Made by a program: the position numbers and the translations under genes. A stretch of DNA of 64,000 nt, from assembly GCF_023055435.1 (NCBI RefSeq), contig NW_025964013.1:3534001-3598000 (forward strand), in the 5' to 3' direction. Positions 53,716 through 64,000 of this stretch are shown piece by piece. The notes beneath the pieces were generated by a model. That model worked only from the letters and a program-made list of their open reading frames with translations. It made no database searches and was not told the DNA's origin. Position 1 is the first letter of the stretch, and each line of letters starts with the position of its first letter. Source of the stretch: Haliotis rufescens (lineage: Eukaryota).

Positions 53716-54117
53716 GCTTTCCAAATGTTTCTATCATGCCATGCGGTAAAGATATGCTGAATAGTTGGCTGTCCTGTAAATTCATATTGGTCGTGTAAAT
53801 ATAAGCTGCCACACACCATGTCCATGTTAGAGACAGCTTTCATCAAGCAAATAATAACATCAGTTCGGTCCGTCTCCCACAGGCGTGGGCTATAACATAC
53901 AGAAACACTGCTTCGCGTGATCGAACGATAAGCAAATGAAAGGGCAATAACCCTGTTACGCTAAATGATCGCAAACGGCAATCATGTATTGAAAACAAAA
54001 TAGACTATGTTTGACTGTATATTTGTTTGTTTGTTGTTTAACGCCACACTCAGCTATGTAACAGCTGTATGACGGCGGCCTGTAAATAATCGAGTCTGGA
54101 CATGACAATCCAGTGAT

Positions 54118-54310
54118 ACAGAGTACAGAGTTGCGTCCCTTGGACACACCAGAAACATGTGATCGTGGGTTCGAATTCCGGTTCGCCAAGATTATGTTTC
54201 TAGGTTTGTCAGCACCATACCCGTGCTCGTGGGTTTCACCAAGGTGGTAAACATTCCAGACCTGTATCACTTGGGGCTTTCCTCCCACATTAAGCTGACA
54301 CGCCGCGATA
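54118..54310 (+). mobile_element. SINE family 2, 5'-truncated
   Basis: Body matches the consensus. Confidence 0.75.
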
Positions 54311-54364
54311 TAGGTGAGTCGAGGTGAAAACGGTTTAACGTCGCAATTTTTCAGCGAAATGCAT

Positions 54365-54368
<4 letters not shown>

Positions 54369-54432
<64 letters not shown>
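54369..54432. repeat. (GT)n microsatellite
   Basis: Read directly from the sequence. Confidence 0.95.
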
Positions 54433-54433
<1 letters not shown>

Positions 54434-54434
54434 C

Positions 54435-54670
54435 TAGTCCTGACTGATGCCGAGCCTACTGAGATACCATGCCGCAGTTTAACATGAATACACATCTCTG
54501 ACACAGTATACCGACTCCGAGCCGAACAGTCCTTGTTTTAGCCCCTTAATGCCGATCGCCAGACAGGGTAACAACAAGTTTAACGTGTTTTGGTATGACG
54601 CAGCCGAGGATCGAACCCCGGACCTTCCGCTCTCCGGGCGGACGTTCTACCACCAGACCACGAAGTCGGT
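54435..54670 (-). mobile_element. SINE family 4 (tRNA head; related copies at about 15860-16095 and 51880-52240)
   Basis: Shared CAGTCCTTGTTTT...CCCCTTAATGCCGA core. Reverse B box GATCGAACCC. Confidence 0.7.
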
Positions 54671-55189
54671 CCTCCGTCATAAAACTGTAATAGTGTTTAA
54701 AGTGGCGCTAAACCCACTCACTCAATTACTCTTTCCGCGCATCCGCTCAAGCATTGTAAACTACAAGCAATAAATCGCATGTTACACCCGTTTCACTAAC
54801 CCCGTCAGCTGTAACAGACAACAACATTATTTTTAGCTGTAGGTACACACATTCAACTGAAGATGGGTAGAGTCTCACGCATGACTCAACAGTACAAGGT
54901 TCACCTGCCAGCTTTCGATACAAATCCTTCCCTGTGTGCCGGAAAAAGGCTTCACCTTGATTTGTATGCACCCCACACAATTTATTAATCAGGTGGCCAT
55001 TGACATAACGTCACTACTATATACCTCGTTATGATTCACGCAATAGCTTGCAAATCTTCAGGAAACTGATCTGAAAATATCGATATGGAGATACCATTAC
55101 GAGCCGGAAATAGCGAACTGACATAAGTGCTCCTGAACCAACACGAAATTATTACTCAGATCTTTTCACAATAGCACAGGCCCCTCACA

Positions 55190-58100
55190 ATGACTTCTGT
55201 GAGTATCGCGCTGTTTGTGTGTGTTCTTATCCTCTGGGTTGCCATGGTGATGATGACAAAGACGGGTAAGTACAAATGGCCAGTTCGCATTTTGGAAACG
55301 TTAATATTGGGAAAACTACAGATATTATAAAGGGTTATAATCATGCGAATAGTACAGAAATGCATGTGTTCGTAATATGATGTTGTTGATTGCAGCATGA
55401 TGTTTTGTCTCAATGTACAATGTGATTCAGCAAAACTTACGTTGCCCTGTTTCATCGTTTAAGATCTGTATCACTTCGCGCTTGCCTCCTTCTGAGACTG
55501 CGTGATATGACTGAAATATTATTCAAAACGGCGTTAACCGAACTTAACCCCGGCGTTAGCCTGGAATAGGATTTCGAGTGCAGCATTTGATGATCATGTG
55601 ATTTCACAAACATGTTAAACTGAGTTTCTCCTATAACCGACAGAGGTAAGTGCCTCACAATGCTGTCATCTAACTAACACCAACATTTGCACATCGTTTA
55701 TCAAATACATACATGTATACTACTCAAAAGAAGTTAAGGACAACCCTATTCTCTCACAACACTTTATGTCGTGTTGATTTTAGCACTTGGATACAATTTG
55801 TGCTGGTTGTCTCAAAGTCTGTACATATTTGCAGGCTACACATCAAACAAAACATCTTATAACCGTTACTGTTCACTAGCACCTACCTAGAAAGGCATTG
55901 CATGTAATTTTTGTTATCTGCTTTGGTTGATTACAGGTCATTTATGAGTTGACCTAATTTACTTTCATATGTTCTCCTCCATTATTGGTGGAAATGAAGA
56001 ATGTCTGTCTGTCTGTCTGTCTGTCTGTCCTGTAGTTAATCTTTCATGCCTTGCAGTTAAGTGGCACCCGATTCTTTCATATTGTTATAGCTAATCTACC
56101 ATGCCATGATAGATTAACTATAGTAATATGAAAGTGAGTGAGTATGGTTTTACGTCGCTTTTAGCAATATTCCAGCAATATCACGGCGGGGGACACCAGA
56201 AATGGGCTTCACACATTGTACCCATGTCGGGAATCGAACCCGGGTCTTCGGCGTGACGAGCGAACGCTTTAACCACTAGGCTACCCGACGGCCCCGTAAT
56301 ATGAAAGAATCGGGTGCCACTTTTGAGTAGTACAGTAAACTACGTTCGTAACGAACACACTTATAACGAACTGACGGATAAAACAAACCGTTTTAGAGGG
56401 GTCCCATCCGTTTGCTGTATACATATGTTGTATGTAGTTCATACCGAACTTCGGTTATAACGAACTAAAATTAGTGGTCCCTTTGAGTTCGTTATAACCG
56501 TAGTTTACTGTATATGTAGAATACATCATACCAGTAAAGAGATACGTTTTCCCCTTGCAAATTAGTTTGAAAATGATGGCGGTTGAAATGTTGAAGGGAG
56601 AAGTCACGTTACAAACTGACTCAAGCGTCAAACCGACATGTATATAGAGAATCTCACCCTCGTGTCTTTTGATTTGAAATATATCAACACGAGTTGATAA
56701 AAATGGAAAAAAACTCCTAGGATTTTATCAACGAATGTTGGTATATTTGATAATTTATCAAAAGACACGAGATGAGATTTTATTTATCATCCAACATCAT
56801 TCTTCCATTTTTTTCAGTTTGTGGACAGAAAAATCAGTGTCTTAAGTGTAAAAGCCACTGCTAACAGCTTCAGTAGCAGAGTCATTAGTGATTTCATGTT
56901 ATTGTGACGTCATTGACGTCACAAAATTAAATGGTCTACAAAACATTGTGTGGCAATTCTACAATGTAGATATCGCTTGATCTCACCCAAGCGATATCTC
57001 CTCTGGGAGCCAGTTTTGGATGATAAAAAGATGATATCAGAATGTGTATGAATGCTCTGGATTTGTTCTAGATGGAAGCTTTAAAGGTAGTTTGACTCCC
57101 AGACAGGTATTGCCCCGTGGGTCATTCAGTGTCATTGACACATTCTGAAGCAATGTGTTCTGTGTGTTCTGAATGTACAGGCGGCACGGGTGGCCCAGTC
57201 GTTTTAGGCGCAGCGATTCGCTGTGCAGAGTTGCGTCCCCTGGACACGCCAGAAACCTATGATTGTGGGTTCGAATCCCGGTTCACCCCGATTATGTTTG
57301 TAGGTTTGCCAGGACCATACCCGTGCTCGTGGGTTTCACCAAAGTGGTAAACGTCTGAGACCTGCATCACTTCGGCTTTCCTCCCACATCAAGCTGACAC
57401 GCTGTGATATAACAGGAATAATGTTAAAAGCGGCGTTAAACCCAACTCACTCACTCACTTTGAATGTACATGGAATCCCGTTAGTCGGGTAATCCTGCTT
57501 TCTGGCCGACGGCTTTTGAGGAGGACCAGTACCAAAACTAATGTCACATGACTAGGTTCCAGTATTCGTTAATCTTAAACATGGTTAATCCAGACGATCT
57601 GTATACGATATCGTCCACATTATCGAGGTTACATTATGTCTCTAACTTTTCTCATAAACCACGACGGATAGCATCATTAGCCTTGTATATACAAAATAGT
57701 GTCATACTTCACGGGAGGCTGTGAGTTTCTCCTGACATTGGACCTTGTATCGATATCAGTGACAGGGAAAACGGAAGGGTCCGTCACGACTACATGCCAG
57801 TGTTTCGTTAACTCGGGAATGTTTTAAACTGGACGGTTTCCCCGAGGACGTTACAGTTTGTATGAACGGGGTTTCACTGTGTTAAATACGTAGATCTAGG
57901 GCAGTCATTCTGTGAAGGACTATGCCAGAAGATGTTAATCGTTTGAGTCCCTCAACGTGGTAGACACGTGAAGTTGTTCCTCCAGTTTGTAAACTTGTCA
58001 CGTGTTCATAATCCTTGTCCTGGATCGAAAATAACATTATCGTACAATTTCCTGAAAAACACGAAACAAGTCGTGACATGCATTTAAACTAATGTTATTT

Positions 58101-60892
58101 CATATTTCCATAATTAGGTTTGAATGACTACACCTTAATAATCCAGGAATCGGGAGTTTGCTTTGTAGACAGATTAAATATTTATTGAACGCTTGCCATG
58201 TAGGATCAGTATATGTTTAAAAAAAGATGGCAAAACCCTTTCCACAACAAAGCAGAATCCATTGACAGAAGGTTACTACTTCCCAAGCGTGTGTCTATGA
58301 GTCTCCACCAAATAGTGATCGCCAAAAGTTAAACTTATTCCGTCCAACCAGGAAAAAATAAGAGGCTAGGAAAAGATATATGCAGTGATTCACTTTAACC
58401 AAGGTGGCCATAATTACTCATCAATATCATTAAGTCATTAAGTTGTGATCATATGGAAGTGACATTAAACCCCTTTCTTATAATTGCGTTTTACATATCT
58501 TTAGAAATCCCACCGTCCAGCTTCGATCTGTCTTCGACCAAGGCGAATATGTCAGTGGCAGAGCGAGATTGTCTGACCAGGAACGGCAGTATGGTACACC
58601 TTACAAACCTCAGTAGGTCATCACTTCAAACAGCCTTCTTGGAAGTAACGAATAGGTTCGGCAAGGCAGTATGGCTTGGCTACAATGACACCGAAATCCA
58701 AGGTAAAGAGGGAACTGTATGTGTGAGAATGTGTAGTGTNNNNNNNNNNNNNNNNNNNNNNNNNNNNNNNNNNNNNNNNNNNNNNNNNNNNNNNNNNNNN
58801 NNNNNNNNNNNNNNNNNNNNNNNNNNNNNNNNNNNNNNNNNNNNNNNNNNNNNNNNNNNNNNNNNNNNNNNNNNNNNNNNNNNNNNNNNNNNNNNNNNNN
58901 NNNNNNNNNNNNNNNNNNNNNNNNNNNNNNNNNNNNNNNNNNNNNNNNNNCACGTGTCGCCTGGGATTAGATACTAAAGAGGGATAAAGTGAGTACTTTT
59001 GAGTTAAATACTGGCAACACTTTGATAAATATTATATTTGTTCGTTGTTTAACACCGCGATCAGCAATATTCCTGCCATGTGATGGCGGTTTGTTAATAA
59101 TCGACCAGATAATACAGTGACTGATATCATGAGCACCGATCCATCCACGCAACTGGGATACGACGACATGCATCCACCAAGTCAGCGAGCCTGACCACCC
59201 GATCACGTTAGTCGCCTCTTACGACAAGCATGGGTTGCTGAAGACCAATTCTACCCCGGATCTTCACAAGTCCTATGATAAATATGCCTATATCAGTAAC
59301 TAATGCTATCGAGTGAATAAAATCCGTCACATTCAAGTGTTAAAAACTGAAAGTACTTTAACTATACTCAAATGCTCCTTTTACACAACACAACAGCAGG
59401 CAACTGCAACGTCCTGTACCCCAAAACGCCAGGCGCTGCCAGAATAAAGACATCCTCCTGTGACGAGCTGCATCACTACATATGCTTCCAGAGCACGGTC
59501 GACAGTGGTAAGTGTTTCTGAAACTTCTGGGGCGGTGGGGTAGCCGAGTGGTTAAGGTACATGGGTACAATGTGTGAAGCCCATGTCTAGTGTCCACCGC
59601 CGTGATGTTGCTGGAATATTGCTAAAAGCGGCGTAAAACCATACTCCCTCTGAAACTACTGTTTTACCACGAAAATATACACAAACACATAATCTATCGA
59701 TAACGGGTACATGGCGTCTTTTAAGTTATTGTTACTACACTGCTGATATTAATTATGTTTCAATGAACGCAATAATGAACCGGACTACTTGTTATACGTT
59801 AGTGTCAATTCCACGTAAAGTAGATTTTCATATTTCAAAATTCAAAAAATATTTTTTTTAAATCGGATAGTGAGTCAACGGTTTCCAACACGGGACAGAT
59901 GACGCAAATTGCCGACATGATTGAAACTGAAACAATACTCGTCTACACTTAGCTCGTGTTTTAGGTGAACTCTCGTTGACGATAAACTGTCTGTTCATTC
60001 CCGACAGACATGAAATAGGTTTAAACAAAAAACAAATATTAAGGGGTTTAAGTGATGATTAATCAAACCGCCTTAAGACAATGAAGTTATCTTAAAATCC
60101 AGGCGCAAATATTATCTCATTTTTGAAAGGTGAGTATTCCGTCCATAAAGAATGCAAATGAAACAAAATGAAAGATGAAAAATGTTATATTTCAAAAGCC
60201 ACTTCACAAAATAGGCATTGGTCGTATTATTTTATCAAATTTGACCGATTCAGACCCAAAACCTGGCAGAGCCCACTTGACCGGAAGCGTTATGTCCCTT
60301 CGTAAAACGTAAGGTGCTTGCTGTGAAATGCTTTATTTTATCGACTTTCTGTGCACCAAGTACACCGGTCAATAAGTGTGCACCGTTTGTTATACTATTG
60401 CATACAATTTAATGTTTCTCCCGAAGTAGTTGTATTGTCAGGAACGATCGGGAACAGGCTAGTGATAATTAATGTTGCCTTTGGACCATATATTACATCC
60501 GACTGATTTTTGCTAATTAATGCTGCGTTGTGCATGTCTCTCGAGTAACCATATATACGTATTCCGTGATGGATGTAGTTATATATACGTATCGTACGTA
60601 CCTGAATGCAAGTAGATGACAAGACAGGCACATGGTTGACAATAGTTGTCATCAGCCTAATTGACTCCTTATTTGCCTCATTTGAATACACACACATGCA
60701 GGGAAAATAATATGTTTATGTTTATTCCTGTGTTTGATAATAGTTGTCATCAGCCTTCCTGGGTCTTAACCTGCCTCATTCAAATATACTCATACATGAA
60801 TGTAACAGACGTATGTTTAAATCTATCCCTGTGTTCGTTATTCCATACAGGGAGCGACATGACGACCAGCGCTACATCGCCTGCAAATTTCT
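55190..60892 (+). CDS. CTLD receptor 3 (divergent; 3' part beyond the window)
   Basis: Exons 55190-55265 (MTSVSIALFVCVLILWVAMVMMTKT), 58505-58702 (NMSVAERDCLTRNGSMVHL...VWLGYND), 59397-59507 (NCNVLY...SSCDELHHYICFQ), 60851-60892 (S/T stalk). All are phase 1, with the CTLD split as in receptors 1 and 2. Confidence 0.75.
55718..56332. mobile_element. Tc1/mariner-like non-autonomous element
   Basis: TACTACTCAAAA...TTTTGAGTAGTA termini and an internal inverted repeat GTGGCACCCGATTCTTTCATATT. Confidence 0.5.
56134..56295 (-). mobile_element. SINE family 1 nested in a Tc1-like MITE
   Basis: Reverse-complement copy with TSD GTAATATGAAA. Confidence 0.88.
56331..56512. mobile_element. pogo/Tigger-like MITE (second copy)
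   Basis: TACAGTAAACTACG...CGTAGTTTACTGTA terminal inverted repeats. Confidence 0.8.
57180..57458 (+). mobile_element. SINE family 2, full length
   Basis: Head through ACTC tail. Flanking repeat TGAATGTACA. Confidence 0.88.
58740..58950. other. Assembly gap
   Basis: Run of N. Confidence 0.99.
59035..59268 (-). mobile_element. SINE family 3
   Basis: Reverse complement (TTAGTCGCCTCTTACGACAAGCATGGG). Confidence 0.85.
59529..59648 (+). mobile_element. SINE family 1, internally deleted
   Basis: Head and tail of the consensus present. Flanking repeat TCTGAAACT. Confidence 0.75.
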
Positions 60893-61094
60893 GTGAGTAA
60901 TTCAGTATATTGTGATCAGGAAGTATAGCAGGCTTTGTTTAAATCGGCAAAACAGTTAAAACGAATACAAGGAAGTAAACCTTATGCTATAATTTGTACT
61001 TCTCATTATGTTTTCGTTGATTTATTTGTTGGGAGGTTATTTTTGTTATCATCCTCTTCCCCACACCCCGAATACCCAGTCACCATACAACCTG

Positions 61095-62620
61095 CATCCC
61101 CTATATTCCACACCCTGCATCCCCTATATCCCACACCACCTTCCCCTATATCCCACATCACCTTCCCCTATATCCCACACCACCTTCCCCTATATCCCAC
61201 ACCCCCTATATCCCACACCCCCTTCCCCTATATCCCACACCACCTTCCCCTATATCCCACACCCCCTTCCCCTATATCCCACACCACCTTCCCCTATATC
61301 CCACACCACCTTCCCTTATATCCCACACCCCCTTCCCCTATATCCCACACCACCTTCCCCTATATCCAACACCACCTTCCCCTATATCCCACACCACCTT
61401 CCCCTATATCCCACATCACCTTCCCCTATATCCCACACCCCCTTCCCCTATATCCTACACCCTACATCCCCTATATCCCACACCGCCTTCCCCTATATCC
61501 CACGCCTCCTTCCCCTATATCTTACACCACCTTCCCCTATATCCCACACCACCTTCCCCTATATCCCACATCACCTTCCCCTATATCCCACACCCCCTTC
61601 CCCTATATCCTACACCCTACATCCCCTATATCCCACACCGCCTTCCCCTATATCCCACGCCTCCTTCCCCTATATCTTACACCACCTTCCCCTATATCCC
61701 ACACCCTACATCCCCTATATCCCACATCACCTTCCCCTATATCCCACACCACCTTCCCCTATATCCCACACCCCCTTCCCCTATATCCTACACCCTACAT
61801 CCCCTATATCCCACATCACCTTCCCCTATATCCCACATCACCTTCCCCTAAATCCCACACCACCTTCCCCTATATCCCACACCCCCTTCCCCTATATCCT
61901 ACACCCTACATCCCCTATATCCCACATCACCTTCCCCTATATCCCACATCACCTTCCCCTAAATCCCACACCACCTTCCCCGATATCCCATACCCTCCTT
62001 CCCCTATATCCCACACCCTACATCCCCTGTATCCCACACCACCTTCCCCTATATCCCACACCCTCCTTCTCCATATCCAACACCTCCTTCCCCTATATCC
62101 CACGCCACCTATATCCCACATCACCTTCCCCTATATCCCACACCACCTTCCCCTATATCCCACACCCCCTTCCCCTATATCCTACACCCTACATCCCCTA
62201 TATCCCACATCACCTTCCCCTATATCCCACATCACCTTCCCCTAAATCCCACACCACCTTCCCCGATATCCCATACCCTCCTTCCCCTATATCCCACACC
62301 CTACATCCCCTGTATCCCACACCACCTTCCCCTATATCCCACACCCTCCTTCTCCATATCCAACACCTCCTTCCCCTATATCCCACGCCACCTTACCCTA
62401 TACCCAACACCACCTTCACCTATATCCCACACCTCCTTCCCCTATATCCAACATCCTGCTTCCCTATATCCCACAACCTGCTTCCCTTATATCCCACAAC
62501 CCCTTCCCCTATATCCCACACCCCCTTCCCCTATATCCCACACCACCTTTCCCTATATCCCACACCAACTTCCCCTATATCCCACAACCACTTTTCCTAT
62601 ATCTCATACCCCGCTTCCCA
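61095..62620. repeat. 22-bp C-rich minisatellite
   Basis: Unit TTCCCCTATATCCCACACCACC and variants, with higher-order blocks. Confidence 0.95.
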
Positions 62621-62699
62621 TCTATCCAAGTATCCCGTATCCATCTGCTCTTCTTCCATACCCGTCTAAACCCACACCAGGCAGCAACCTATTGACTAT

Positions 62700-64000
62700 T
62701 GACCACCCCCTCAATCTGCATCCCCATCCACCCACTGAATCTGCATCTCCATCCACCCCCTCAATCTGCATCCCCATCAACCCCTCAATCTGCATCCCCA
62801 TCAACCCCTCAATCTGCATCTCCATCCACCCCCTCAATCTGCATCCCCATCAACCCCTCAATCTGCATCCCCATCAACCCCTCAATCTGCATCCCCATCC
62901 ACCGCCTCAATCTGCATTCCCATCCAATGCATCCCCATTCACCCCCTCAATCTGCATCCCTATCCACCCCCTCAATCTGCATTCCGAACCTGCCCCTCAA
63001 TCTGCATCCCAATCACTGCATCCCCATCCACCCCAACAATCCCTATCCACCTATTCAATCTTCATCCCCATCCACTGCATCCCCACTTACCCCTCAATCT
63101 CCATCCCAATCCTACCCCTCAATCTGCATCCATATCCACCCCTCAATCTGCATCCCCATCCAATGCATCCCCATTAACCCCCTCAATCTGCATCCCTATC
63201 CACCCACTCAATCTGCATCCCCATCCACCCCCTCAATCTGCATCCCCATCCACCCCCTCAATCTGCATCCCCATCAACCCCTCAATCTGCATACCCATCC
63301 ACCCCCTCAATCTGCATTCCCATCCAATGCATCCCCATTCACCCCTCAATCTGCATCCCCATCCATCCCCTCAATCTGCATCCCCATCCATCCCCTCAAT
63401 CTGCATCCCCATCCATCCCCTCAATCTGCATTACCATCCAATGCATCCCCATTCACCGCTCAATCTGCATCCCCATTCACCCCCTCAATCTGCATCCCCA
63501 TTCACCCCTCAATCTGCATCCCCATTCACCCCTCAATCTACATCCCTATCCACCCCCTCAATCTGCATTCCCATACAATGCATCCCCATTCACCCCCTCA
63601 ATCTGCATCCCTATCGACCCCCTCAATCTGCATTCCGAACCTGCCCCTCAATCTGCATCCCAATCCACTGCATCCCCATCCACCCCAACAATCCCTATCC
63701 ACCTATTCAATCTTCATCCCCATCCACTGCATCCCCACCTACCCCTCAATCTGCATCCCCATTCACCCCTCAATCTGCACCCTATTCACCCCTCAATCTG
63801 CATCCCTATCCACCCCTCAACCTGCATCTCCATTCACCCCTAAATCTGCATCCATATCCATCCCCTCAATCTGCATCCCCATCCACCCCTCAATCTGCAT
63901 CCCCATTCACCCCCTCACTCTGCATTCTAATTCACTGCATCCCCATCCACCCCAACAATCACTATCCACCTATTCAATCTTCATCCCCATCCACTGCATC
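62700..64000. repeat. About 24-bp C-rich minisatellite
   Basis: Unit CCCCTCAATCTGCATCCCCATCCA and variants, running off the window end. Confidence 0.95.

Noticed and set aside
60935-63177. Long Pro/His/Tyr-rich ORFs (436, 553 and 161 aa)
   Set aside because: They are translations of C-rich minisatellites that are open in several frames, located in the intron after a stalk exon.

Overview
AT-rich, intron-containing animal DNA, most likely a gastropod mollusc (abalone-like; inferred only from the SINE repertoire). The ORF track is misleading because the real genes are split into short exons. Reading GT-AG sites by hand gives a dense cluster of single-pass surface receptors. (1) Two recently duplicated C-type-lectin-domain (CTLD) receptors (839-7341 and about 17527/18850-24529, +) have near-identical ectodomain DNA, almost purely non-synonymous CTLD differences, and strongly diverged TM/tyrosine-motif tails, one of them ITAM-like. 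(2) Two TM + tyrosine-tail cassettes have no detectable folded ectodomain (28311-30102 and 30834-31999, +). (3) A head-to-head pair of two-Ig-domain receptors with DIP/lachesin-like V domains lies at 43297-34164 (-) and 45137-51636 (+). (4) A third, divergent CTLD receptor starts at 55190 and runs off the window. All share one exon grammar: phase-1 modules, a phase 1-to-2 TM exon and a single terminal tail exon. Repeats include a 5'-truncated LINE with a 17-bp TSD, a 923-bp Polinton/Maverick-like foldback element, four SINE families, MITEs and minisatellites. One minisatellite is an approximately 60-fold amplification of a TM exon's splice donor. Gene models are manual predictions without expression data, and SINE boundaries are approximate.
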